Notes under the pieces: generated by a model
The model's input: only the letters and a program-made list of their open reading frames with translations
Database searches by the model: none
What the model was told of the DNA's origin: nothing
Shown here: positions 10,850 to 22,652 of the stretch, piece by piece
How the letters are laid out: each line of letters begins with the position of its first letter
How positions within the stretch are numbered: the stretch's first letter is position 1
Made by a program: the position numbers and the translations under genes
From: Asterias rubens
Taxonomy: Eukaryota
Length of the DNA stretch: 64,000 bases
Reading direction: 5' to 3'
Assembly (NCBI RefSeq): GCF_902459465.1
Contig: NC_047067.1
Coordinates: forward strand, 18,228,001 to 18,292,000

Positions 10850-11340
10850 TTACATGGTTGGTAGTAAAGCATCTTGCTCAAGGACACAAATGTCTTGAAC
10901 AGGATTCGAACCCACACTCCAATGACTTAAGGCCGAGTCACACTGCAGCAATAACGAAAACGATAACTATCACGGCGCAAAGAGAACGCATTGTATTGGT
11001 TGAATTGCTCCACGCAGAATATGCACACTCTCATTCAACCAATGGAATGCGTTCTCTTTGTGTCGTTATCGTTATCGTTCTCGTTATCGCTGCAGTGGGA
11101 CCGGGCCTTTAACCACCAAGTTCTATAGCACATTTTACACTGACCAAATCAATGCGATTTACATTATTGCCCTTGTCATCGAGTCAATAACATTCCTATA
11201 AACTTTCTCAGCTCCCTGGGGATTTCAACCCCGAGCTGCCATGGCGCTCTAAAGGCTTTTTCACTCACAATATCAACCCCTACCCTCGCAGGTACCCATT
11301 TATACCCCTGGGTGAAGAGAACGAATTATAGTAAAGCATA
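10850..11340 (-). mobile_element. Fragmented tRNA/CORE-type SINE with a nested TTAA-flanked hairpin MITE (10931-11108)
   Basis: Reverse B-box ggattcgaaccc and SINE body agtaaagcatcttgctcaaggacaca. Nested element GGCCGAGTCACACTGCAGC...GCTGCAGTGGGACCGGGCCT lies between TTAA sites. Confidence 0.65.
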
Positions 11341-11560
11341 TACTCCAGCACATACCCCCCTCAAGCTGAGTGCAAGGCTCGAGTGGGAATCCGTCCCGGC
11401 CCAGCCTGGAAGAAACCCAGAGGGCGACCACACAACACCTGGTTGCGCCAGCTAGAAGTTGACCATGGCTCACCGGCACAGCAGCTGTGGCAGTCTAAAA
11501 CAAATCGATACGTCCCTCTTGATGGACCACAGAGAATGATGATGATGATGATGACGATGA
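11333..11560 (+). mobile_element. RTE-clade LINE 3' end with (ATG)n tail
   Basis: WKKPRGRPHNTWLRQLEVD is an RTE-type C-terminal motif, followed by a trinucleotide ATG tail at 11537-11558. Confidence 0.6.
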
Positions 11561-12624
11561 CACAAATGTCATGACTAGGGTTTGAACCCACACTCAGATG
11601 ACTTACCACCAGAACTAGAATTTGATGCTCTTAAAACTACTCGGCCATGACACCCTAAAGCGAAAGAGGCAGAATTTGAAAGCACACAGAAAAAGAAAGA
11701 GTTTTGACGAGGGGCCTCTCTCAAACCTAGGCTTTTGGGCTCCGGCTCTGCGCACTGGTACGCAGTTGAAACGCAGAGCTCAGCCTTTAAACTGCCTTTT
11801 TGGACCAGCGCGTATTTCACGTAGTGGTTAGAACATCAGGGCCCAATTTCATGGCTCTGCTTACCGTAAGCACAGAATCGGCACTCACGGAAGCAGGGAA
11901 TTCTGTGCTTACGACAAGCGTATTTCACGGGTTACGGCGAACTTTGGCTTCTGCGCGTGCGTATTCCATGTTACATACATGTAGGCATTCTACACTTACA
12001 AGGCTAGCGCAGAAATTCGGCGCTTGCACGTAAGCGGGGAATGCGGGTAAGCGCAGAATTCGGCGGTAAGCAGAGCCATGAAATTGGGCCCAGTAGATAG
12101 AGCTTGGAGCCTATAAGCCAGAGCCCAAGCCGAGGTTTGAAAAAGGGCCCAAAAGAAGTTGGAAACACAACTTCAGGCATAACTATTTATTGCAATAAGT
12201 AAACTTGACAAATATCTCTTACCGATGGTCAATGGTCTGTATGTCTCTGCCTGGTACTCTGCTAGCAGCTTTTCATGCTGGGCGCCGGAGTCCAGCAGTA
12301 TCTCCTGAATCTCTCGTCTATTGTCATTTGATAGACTTAACTTATCAATGTATTTGTACGACGTCTTGGTATCCGACAAGCCTTGAACACCTGGGTGTAT
12401 CGTAGTATGCCGAGCAGAAAATATGGACCAATGAGAACAAGGAGAGAACCAGGACAGCTGGTATCCTGGTCACTGGTAACATAGAATGACGATTATCTGT
12501 GTGGATCTGGATATGAAGAGAAATGAAAAATATTTCAGAACTAAACCTAATTTTATAAAGCCTGTAAGCAAAACAACACGTCCACTGAACACATTTTTGT
12601 CCAATCCAAAGAGTGTCCAAGGTA

Positions 12625-12705
12625 CGAAGTGTCCATAGTCACTTCGTACCTTGCAAAGGTACGAAGTGTCCAGGGTACGAAGTGGCAAAAGTACGAAGTG
12701 TCCTG
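12625..12705. repeat. Short array of TACGAAGTG(TCC) motifs
   Basis: Five copies about 21 bp apart, one of them inverted. Confidence 0.7.
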
Positions 12706-12719
12706 ACACCTAGTCGTTC

Positions 12720-12990
12720 GTCACGTGTAATCAAAGCCGACCACAGCCACATTTTAGAATCGAAACCGCAGAGGGCAAGAAAGGGCAAAGACAATCAGTT
12801 CAAAATACCCAGCATCTCATCTACCATCTACGAACAATCTTTTTTTCAAAGAACACTGAGAAATTATGGAATAATCTGCAACAATCCCTCATATATAGAT
12901 TCCAAATCCCACCAAATCTTCAAAAGTAATTACATTCACAATCTAGCTAGGCCTAAACAACAACAAAACAAATTAGACGACGCTCTCCTG
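12720..12990 (+). mobile_element. LINE 3' fragment (end of RT ORF)
   Basis: FKIPSISSTIYEQSFFQRTLRNY resembles the LINE terminal SFFPRTIR.WN motif. Confidence 0.5.
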
Positions 12991-13122
12991 ACCTCCTTTC
13001 TACTTCTACTTGTATACCCGGTAGGGTCCATAAGACAGGACGTAAAGCCGAGGGACTACTTGTCCATGAGCGGTGCAGGGGTGCGTTTGTACATGGTGCA
13101 AGTAAAAAAGACTCATTGCTGC

Positions 13123-13440
13123 TCATAGGTGAGCCAGGGTCACCACTCCCCTGAAAACCTCAACTGAAGGGGAGGTGATGATATTGCCGGGGAGTGAGTT
13201 CCACCAGATGACAGTTCTTGGGAAAAATGAGTTCGAGAATGACTGTATCCTACCTGGGATGATCTGATATATGTTTGGGTGGAATGATCTAGTATTACAT
13301 GGGATTGCTGGGTTGAGGTATAGGTCTGGATTGACTGCAATTGTTTGGTTCTGGATTTTGTAGAGGAGGGTGAGGCTGGCTGCCTGGCGTCGCCTTTCTA
13401 AGGTGTCCCATTCCAAGGTGTTCAACTATATGAAAATATA
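13123..13440 (-). mobile_element. LINE 3' fragment (CR1/L2/I-type ORF2 C-terminus)
   Basis: LEWDTLERRRQAASLTLLYKIQN...FSNSFFPRTVIWWNSLP. Confidence 0.8.
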
Positions 13441-13724
13441 GTTTCATTTGGAGGGATGACTTGAAAGCATGTCTAATCCAATCGTCAGGGTCACGTGGTT
13501 TATTGAGTGCGGGAAAGTTAAAATCAATGAAGCGTATACGCGTATATAAGGGGACAATAGGTTCGGTCAATCAGTTCAGGCCGTAACACCGCACACGGGA
13601 GTGTTAACTTGGGGTTAACAAAATTTTTTTGCCAATGGTTATCTTTCACAATCATGGCGTTTCTATATCGTTTGATAACGTTTAAACTCTTATAACTCTT
13701 CTGATTGATATATTTCTCTTTTAG

Positions 13725-14014
13725 GCTTGCCACATGCTGACATGTGCTTCAGTTGTAGAAGGCCAGGGCATTGGGCAAGAGAGTGCCCATTCTACCCCGT
13801 CGCCATCACTTCCAAGGCCAAACCAAGAGATAGAGCAATGTCGACGGCTGGATACAACCAGTTCAGTAGAACCTCACCCTGGCAGGTCCCAGTTTATCAG
13901 CGACCAAGCCCGGCTCTTATCGCCAGCACCTTCACAAATTCCAACATCCCAGTCCCCTATACGGCAACCATCAACAACGGAGCCAGCAGCACAGGATCAA
14001 GCGGGACAGCTTAA
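13725..14014 (+). CDS. DIRS gag C-terminal fragment with zinc knuckle
   Basis: CFSCRRPGHWARECP (CX2CX4HX4C). The frame is closed upstream at 13706 and preceded by an acceptor-like ttctcttttag. Confidence 0.75.
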
Positions 14015-14039
14015 AGTCACCCACCTAGAGCAGAAATTC

Positions 14040-16017
14040 GGGGATGTGTTAGAGGTACAATGTGATTTCGATAAATACATTAACAAAGAGCTAAAAACTG
14101 ATAAAACGAATGTAAAGGGAAGACTAAAGCAGTGTGCCCAATTTTGGCAAAGTATAGGTGCATCTAAAATGATCATGTCGGTAGTTACTGAAGGTTACAA
14201 AATTCCTTTTATAGAATTCCCACCACCAATGTTTTATCGGAACAACAATTCAGCATTAAACGAGATTTCCTTTGTCACTGATTCCATCCTTGAATTGTTA
14301 ACTTCAAACAGAATATCAGAGAAGCCAGACCCATCTTACACAGTTAGTCCGTTATCTGAAGCTTTTCAACCTTCAGGGAAGAAACGATTAATACTTGACT
14401 TGAGCAGAATAAATAAGTTTGTACAAAAGAATAATTTCAAAATCGATGACTGGAAAGTTGCCTTGCAGTTTTTCTCTGAAAACGCACAGCTTATCTTTTG
14501 ACCTTAAATCAGGTTATCATCACATAGACATAGCTAACGCTTATCAGAAGTATCTCGGGTTTTCACGGACAATTAATGGAGTTCAAAGATATTTCTAATT
14601 CACTGTTCTTCCTTTTGGCTTATCGTCTGCTCCACTAATTTTCACAAAAGTGCTTAAACCTTTGGTCACACATTGGAGAGCTTCTGGTATTCTAATTGCT
14701 CTATACTTGGATGATGGTTTTATTGTCATTCCAAAGTTAACGAATAATACTGAAATTGATGCAACTGAAGCTAAGAAAATATCTAAACATGTGAGAGTTG
14801 ATTTGCTAAGAGCGGGATTCATTTATAACATTGCCAAGAGCGTATGGGAGCCTTCAGAGTCAATTGAATGGTTAGGTATGCGTTGGGACACTAGAGAAGG
14901 AACACTTAGAGTACTTGACAGGCGCATAGATAAAATACAAAAAAACATTCGTGAAATTCAAGAAACGCACAACTTAACTGTTCGAAAACTACATTCCTTT
15001 GTTGGACAAATTATTTCACTTGGTCCAGTATGTGGCAATATTTCTAGGCTTATGACTAGGCATTGCCAAGTTCAGATCGCTCAAGCCAACGACGAAGCTG
15101 ATTCCATAACTTTAACTCACCAAACCAATTCTGAAGTTCAGTTCTGGTCCCGAAATGTTTCTATATTAAATGTTCGGCACGTATTTGCAAGTAGGAAAGT
15201 GAATAAGATTGTATGTTGTGATGCAAGTGCAACAGGGTCGGGTGCAATCGTTTGTAATGATGTACATACAGCCCATAAGCAATGGTCAAAAGTACAAGCA
15301 ACCAAAAGTTCCACATGGAGAGAACTTAACACCATTCTCTTCGCTATTTCTTCCTTCTTACCTATTGTTTCGGGGTCCCAGTTAAAAGTTTATACAGATA
15401 GTCAACCTGCGGCAAGGATTGTTGAAGTGGGCAGTATGAATACAGAATTACAAGGAATCGCAAATGACATATTTCAGATTTGCATGCATCACAACATTAG
15501 AATTGAAGTTGAATGGATCCCTAGGAATAAAAACGAACAAGCAGATTTCGTAAGTAGATTGGTTGACACTGATGATTGGATGATATCAACACCATTTTTT
15601 CATATTCTAACAAAGCTGTGGGGTCCATTTTCCGTAGATTGTTTCGCCTGTCATTATAATACCAAACTTCCACGTTTATTTTCGAGATTTTGGAACCCGG
15701 GCACTTCTGGAGTAGATGCCTTTGTCCAAAATTGGTCAGGAGAGAATTGTCTATTAGTACCCCCAGTAGTTTTGATTCCGAGTGTTTTACAGACACTCCT
15801 CAACTGTAAAGCTAAAGGTACTTTAGTTTTCCCACAGTGGCCTTCTTCAGTGTTTTGGCCAATTATGTGGTTACACTACAAAATATGGATAAAGGGATTT
15901 GTTTCAGTCGAAGGGGAAAATGCTTTGGAACTCGGAAGGAACAAAAATTCATTACTCGGTTCCCAGAGATTTAAAGGTGTTATTTGTGCTGTTTTCATCG
16001 ATTGCACTGCAACCTAA
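14040..16017 (+). pseudogene. DIRS pol: RT, RNase H and adenine-methyltransferase-like domain
   Basis: GRLKQCAQFWQSIGA; KKRLILDLS; (F)DLKSGYHHI; LPFGLSSAP; YLDDG; CDASATG; SSTWREL; YTDSQ; WIPRNKNEQADFVSR; VDCFA...FSRFWNPGTSGVDAF..NWSGENCLLVPP. Frameshift at about 14497, stop at 14596-14598. Confidence 0.9.
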
Positions 16018-16136
16018 CTGATTCCAAATCTTTAATGAATTATTACTTGTTCAATATATTTTATTTGTTTTTGCTTGCACTATAGATAGTATACTCACAA
16101 CCGTTTTGGACAGAATTTCCAATCCAGCTGGACAGT

Positions 16137-17108
16137 ATGAGAAGACAAATCTTCAATGAAGCTGTGTTGTCTAAGGCAGATGGCACAACTATTGCATATT
16201 TATACAAATGCAGGAAATTTTTTGCTTGGATTAAGGAAATGTGTACAGACATAAAACTTCCAATTCAAGAGGAAGTAATAGCCGCATACTTTGTTCAATT
16301 AAAGGAAAAAGCAAACTCGGATAGCGTTCTCACATCAGCTGCAGCAGCCATCAAATGGGTACATACTTTAGTTAATGCAAAAATAAACCCGGTAGATTCA
16401 CCAATAGTTCAACAGATTTTAGTAAGTGCCAGACGTCAACTTCACAAACCACCAATTCAAAAAGAACCAATAACTCTAGAGCAAGTTAAACGTATAGTTA
16501 AGACCAATTAGGAGGAGCTGATAACACATTAATGGAACTAAGAACAGCCTGCTACGTTTCCTTAAAATTTGCCCTACTTTTCAGGCACGATGAAATGGTT
16601 CAGATTAAGGCTTCTCATATTGAAGAACTTCCGAATAATAAAGGATTTAGTATTTTCATACCCAGATCCAAGACGGACATTTTTAGAGGGGGAAGGGAAT
16701 AAAGCTTATCTAGCCGATACTCACACCTCATACTCCCCCGTTGCGATATTAAGGAATTTTATGTCCAGATCTAGTGTTACAATTGGCCAAGATGTACATC
16801 TATTTACAGCACTATCATACCATCCCAGTATTAAAATGTATAAACCTCATGTGAATAAGCCCCTAAGTTATACTAGATGTCGTGAATTATTTATCGATGC
16901 TCTTAAATTAATAGGAATTCAAAACCCGAAGATATACGGTTTGCATAGTCTGAGATCGGGGGGAGCCTCCCATTTGGCAAATAAAGGAGTAGGCGAAGAA
17001 TTAATCATGCAACATGGTAGATGGAAGACAACAGTAGCAAAAAACAGATATGTGAAGAGAGACTTTGATCAGAGACTGCTTGTGTCCTCAATAATTTCCA
17101 AAGAGTAA
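16137..17108 (+). pseudogene. DIRS tyrosine recombinase (two frameshifts)
   Basis: All catalytic motifs are readable across frames: LLFRHDE (R), RSKTD (K), HSLRSGGA (HxxR), HGRWK, NRY. Frameshifts at about 16507 and 16690. Confidence 0.9.
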
Positions 17109-18074
17109 TAGCAAAATTATATAATAATGGAGAATTTTGTTTATACGTGAGAAGTATTCTCCGAAAATTATCAAGTTGTAAATCAATTAATAATCACCAT
17201 GTAAAGTTGTATCAATTTGTACACGTATAATGTTTTAAATTCTGGGAATATACACTTCCTTCGAATTGGATTTAAGTTAACACAATGTGTTTAGTATATA
17301 AAGCTTGAGTCGAGGCTCGATGGCTTGACACTGATACCTAAATATGATGAACGGTGTTTATCTAAGTGTATGCATTAACGAAAATTTTTGTAGTTGACTG
17401 TAATCCATTGTAATAAGTAAATGCGGGAGGATACTGGGCGATGCTCGAAAAGGCTTTAGATGACCGAGAATCGGCGAGTCTTGATAGTGAGGAATGGCGA
17501 TCATCCAAAATTGTATTTAAAACATAAATATAAATAATAGTAAATGTTACAGTTGACTGTACTCGATATGTAGTAAGAAGATAAAAGAGGATACCGGGCG
17601 ATGCCCGAAGGGCCGTAAGGGCAGAGACTCGATGAGTCTGGATTGAGTTATGATGGATATTTATAATTATTTTAACTAACATTAAAACCTTGTAACTAAC
17701 TAATATTAATAATATGCTACTCCTTATTGATCAATTTAACACTCACCGTTGCGCTACGGCCCAATCCCATGCTATAATACAATTATCTGAAACAAATTGT
17801 TTGTATTTTGTAGTGTGTTTTGTTTCTTGTCGTCCATAGACAATGAAACTGCTTTTCATGCGTATGAGCGTAGCGAAGTAGTATGAAAGTAGGATTACAT
17901 TATATTCAACCCTTTAAAAGGATTTGGGTACCTTTTGTAACACAAAACACAATGTCCACAAATTCACATTCATTAAACTCCGTTCGAAGATTGGTAGTAG
18001 AAAGCGAACAAAAAGTACATAGACCCTTTAAAGTTTATTAAATTTTAACCAACAACAAGCAACATTACCTCACC

Positions 18075-18880
18075 TATGGACTCGATTACACTCCAAAATG
18101 ACATCAACACCCTCAACAGATGGGAAACTGATTGGCAGCTCTGTTTCAACACCTCCAAGTGCCCCTTGCTAAGGGTTACACATAAGAAAAAAACAATTGT
18201 GTCTAGCTAACATAAATTATTGGCAACTCAAACCTTGCAGAAGTTAAACATCACCCATACCTAGGAATTGATCTCAGCCACGACCTGAAATGGTCAACAC
18301 ATATTAGTCAAATAAGCTCCAAGGCCAACAGGATGAGGGCTCCTAAAGAGGAACATCTACTACTGTAATAGCAATGTGAAATCCATAGCATACAAAACGC
18401 TAGTCAGACCACTACTCGAGTATGGCTCTACTATCTGGGATCCCCACTTCGACACAGACATTAAGAAACTTGAACAGGTCCAAAATCGGGCTGCCAGATT
18501 CACAGTTCGTGATTACAGCCGTGAATCCAGCATTACTGCAATCCTAGGAAACCTCAACTGGGAATCACCCCGGGACAGAAGGACTAAATCTCGTTTAACA
18601 TCCGTCTACAAAGAAACACATGGTTTAACATCTAACTAACAATATAAAGGAATATCTCAACTCATGCACCGGTACAACCACAAGATCATCTAGTAGCCAG
18701 CATACATGTAAACAAATCCGTGCCCACAAAGACTGTTACCGGTTCTCATTATACCCCAAGACCTTGCCAGAGTGGAACCTACTTCCCCAAGACATCCGTA
18801 CTGCACCTGACCTTAAGTCATTTAAGGCTGCGCTAGACTTCATCAACATCCACCAAGCGACAGAAAAAGCGCATTACAAC
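18075..18880 (+). mobile_element. LINE RT C-terminal fragment with disablements
   Basis: LQNDINTLNRWETDWQLCFNTSKC; HPYLGI; AYKTLVRPLLEYGSTIWDP; LEQVQNRAARF; FSLYPRTLPEWNLLP. Confidence 0.85.
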
Positions 18881-19523
18881 AACTAATGGTTTGCCAAGCT
18901 GCGTTGCGTTTAGACCCCTACCCGACGTACTACGACAACCTCACCAGGCGTTTGTACGGAGACCAATACAGATACAGATACACTGTACATTACAACAAAA
19001 CACTTTGGAAGTGAAACTAAAAGTCAGTGCCATCCGATTTGTAAAGAAAGTAATATAAATTTGACATTGCATTTTCGTACGAAAACGCTAAAAATGTAAT
19101 TGTCAATTAGTGGACACCAACTACACACTATGCACCACACACCTGCAACCTACATTGGGAGATATCCAGATCCAGAGCTGCAAAGTGAGTGAGTGTTGTT
19201 ATGTTGCATGTTGTCTTCCTCCATAAACATGTTTTACTTTTATAATCAACAATCTTACCCAACACAATTTAAGGAGCCAGTAGTAGTACTAGTTAGTCAG
19301 GTAAAATTCAAGCGAATAACCCAGGTACCTTCATGCAAATCACTTCAATTCAATAAACACTTTCCAATTTCCATAGTTGATTCCTGGGGGAGCAGAGGAG
19401 AGCACACGTTTTGCTTTTCGGGAATTCCAAAGAAAGACTTTCTCTTTAGAGTTTAGAGCACCACCTTCACAAACTCTGTAGCACGCAACATACAGGCATA
19501 AATAAATACGTCCAGGTCAAAAC

Positions 19524-19878
19524 TAGACTTGTGGACAAGTCGTTAAATCGGCCCCACGTGCTGAGATAGTGCTCCCCCGACAACACTGCTCTCGCGCGAA
19601 CTGATGGCTCCCCGAATTTGACTCCTCATTATAGGAGTCAAATTCGGGGAGCCATCAGTTCGCGCGAGAGCAGTGAGTTCGCGCGAGAGCAGTGTTGTCG
19701 GGGGAGCACTATCTCAGCACGTGGTGGGGCCGATTTAACGACTTGTCCACAAGTCTGGTCAAATTCGGGGAGCCATCAGTTCGCGCGAGAGCAGTGAGTT
19801 CGCGCGAGAGCAGTGTTGTCGGGGGAGCACTATCTCAGCACGTGGTGGGGCCGATTTAACGACTTGTCCACAAGTCTA
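19524..19878. mobile_element. Palindromic foldback MITE, TAGAC...GTCTA ends, 9-bp target duplication GGTCAAAAC (Mutator-like), right arm duplicated
   Basis: Target duplication at 19515-19523 and 19879-19887. Near-perfect palindrome centred at about 19630; the right arm is repeated from about 19758. Confidence 0.8.
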
Positions 19879-20833
19879 GGTCAAAACTAGCTCGGCCCTG
19901 TTTTGGCAAAAGGGTGTATCTCAAAAAATCATATTTTGAGATAAACGGCGCTTAAGTTCAATTACCTACCATTTATAGATATTCAATAATAAATGGTCAA
20001 ATTGTTCTTTAACTAAATGTGTGATTTATAATTTAAATAAGAGAACAAATTTCGTCCTTCTTGTAAAGTTGTTTTTTCTGTAATAACCATTTTTTAATAG
20101 TTACTCCGTTCTGACTACAAAATGTGGCTTGAAGGTTGTAATGTTTTCTAGGCAAAAGGGTGTATGTCATGTTAGTCAAATCAAGATATGTGTATTGTTT
20201 AAACAAAAGGGTGTATTTTGAGATATCTCAACTCTTTGCTAATGTTTTTCTTTGGCAAAAAGGTGTATCTCGTCATAGCTATTCCTTATTGACGTGCCTG
20301 TTTTGGCAAAAGGGTGCATCTGAAGATACTTTGTATCTTTTCCATTGAGACATTTGGCAAAAAGAAGTAAATTCAAATGTTTGTATGCAATAATGGCAAA
20401 AATCAGTACATAATTATTGTATGATTTTACTTAACATTAGAAGTCACAATATACAAAACACACAATATACACAAACTTAAATTCACGGCAATATTTGCCT
20501 ACTTCCATAACATCCATATTTAATAAATAATAACAGTAACAGGGAATTGATAACAGGGAATTGATACGGAAAATATCCACAACTTAAAAAATTTAAACCA
20601 ATTAGCAAACTAATACTTCATCAGTACCCATCAATACTTCTTTAAGGTTATGATAGAACAATTGTATTCAAACCATTTTTTCAAATAATGAAGTGTTACT
20701 GTTTACAGACATGAAATGTTGTTTCATATGTATTGCAAACCAACAAAGGGATGGCCCAACACATTTCCAGCTGAAAAGATGCTTGACTGTATTTCTGATT
20801 TTACAAATTTATCCACTCTACTCCCACTGCATT

Positions 20834-22530
20834 TTACTCCTCCCGCGATGTTTCCAGATCTACAGCCTCCTCAGTTACGACCATATTCTCGAAGAACTCC
20901 TTCTTGTAAATAGGCATTGTTGTGGTAAGCTTCAGTATTTCTTCTTTTTTTGATAACGCTACACCTCTTGGTGCTTCCATTCTTGGTACGGACGTAAGTG
21001 GATTTTCGTTGCGAGACAGTTTGTTCTCTATCTCCCGAACTTCAGCTTTCTTCAACAGCTTGATCTCTTTGAAGACACAATTTTCCTCGTGGGATTCTTT
21101 GATGTGCATGCTCAAAGAACCTCGGCGAAACTGGATTACTTTAAGGTCCTTCAAAACCAAGTTTACCTTTTTTGCACGATTTTCAAACAGGTACATTGAA
21201 CTATGGTCTATTAGTGCACATTTCATATTTTTACGAGAATTGTTGATTATGTCGACAATGTCTGTAAAATCGTATATAGCAGTTTGACGGTTCATCTTAG
21301 TTGCTATGTTTCCATGCACAGCATCTGCAGCCATGAAGGTGTGACCAGGTTCAAAGTACTTTATTGTGATACTCTGGGCTCCCACTGAAGGGTCATTTAC
21401 GATCCTTGGCATTGCTGAGAGCAAAGTCCAGTTCTTGTTTTGAGAGGAGCAGTTGTCCGCATACAATATGATTTCCTCTTTGTCCCTGTTTTGTTTGATG
21501 AAAGCAACGTACGAGCTGCAGACATTGAACGCCTTCCTACCTGCCTCCGCCTCATGCCATAGGACACATGTCGCTTGTCCGTCTTTACCGGGACATGCAA
21601 ACGTCTCATTGAAGACAACTAACTTCCGGGAGAAGAAATGATCTTTAGTTGGCACTTTTGGTATCGTTATTGCTTTTTGCATGTCTACTGTTGCCACAAT
21701 TACTTTATTGTGTTCTTCCATTTTCTTCGTATCAAGATGAAGGGCTTGTCTTGCTTGTTCAGCATCATTCTTGTGCTTTTGAAAACCAGAGCATGCAGCA
21801 CAGTCACATGTAGTACAACTATGTTCCAATTCCGAATGTGTATGATTATGTTCCATACATTTCTTGCACAAGTCATTTTCAGGTTGTGCAAATGATATGT
21901 TCATTGATTGAAAGACTCCAAAGTAGTAAGTGTAAGAGCACACTACTTCACCCTCAGTCAGGGAGTCTTTGAAATGATTGTACATAAGTGTAATCGATAG
22001 TTCAGACGGAAGGTACCTTCGGTTGGGAGCATGTTGCCTCTTATAATGGGAAACTTGAGGCCTGTATGAGTTAATGTGAGTAACAACTTTGTCATGATAC
22101 TCTTGGGAAAGTTTATTTTTCGGTTCATGATGACCCCTTTTGTCTCCTGTAGTTCCAACAATTACATCCCCGTCATTTCGAATATTGTTCAAGGCAGTAA
22201 GTACAAGTTTGTCACTTCTGTAACCTAGAGTGTGTAAAAAGAAAGTCTTACACACTACATTTGCTCCCAAGCGCCACACAAGTGTGTTAGAACGTCGTGA
22301 GTGTTTGGCAGTGTTTGTAACAGAACGCTTCTGGATTCGGTCAACATTTTGAACGAGCCAGTCTCTTTGACGGTTGTATTGAAGATCCCAAAAGTTGTTC
22401 CATATTGCTTGCCGTTGGATTTCCGGGATTAGCTCTGGACATTTTTTTGAGCACTGACAAACTGGTAGCATTGGATGCTTCCCCCGATTAGTTTCCTTCT
22501 TTTCAAAACTTGTTCGAGAGCGCTTTTTAG
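20834..22530 (-). CDS. Sola1 DDD transposase, main exon (uninterrupted, about 565 codons)
   Basis: VDMQKAITIP, FFSRKLVVFN, LYADNCSSQNKN, YFEPGHTFMAADAVHG. Acceptor ttctttgcag at 22531 (phase 1) is in frame with the ATG at 22471 (KKRSRTSFEKKETNRGKHPMLPVCQC). Confidence 0.9.
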
Positions 22531-22652
22531 CTGCAAAGAAAATAATACATCGAAAGTGTTTAAAAAGTACCCAAGATACATATAGTTAGTTCGAGAATGT
22601 TATTGGTTGGCAAGTATTCATATTGGTATGCATTAACGAGAAAATGACTCAC

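Larger units (their letters stand above)
13725..17700 (+). mobile_element. DIRS/PAT-type tyrosine-recombinase retrotransposon, degenerate; boundaries approximate
   Basis: Domain order is gag CCHC knuckle, RT, RNase H, methyltransferase-like domain, YR. A methyltransferase-like domain is typical of DIRS1/PAT rather than Ngaro elements. Confidence 0.92.

Noticed and set aside
10618-11112. 164-aa ORF
   Set aside because: It runs across a MITE, a SINE and a palindrome, so it is a chance read-through.
17540-17650. HDV-like, twister or hammerhead ribozyme at the DIRS right end
   Set aside because: Hairpins are present, but no catalytic core consensus could be threaded on either strand. It is kept only as a generic structure candidate.
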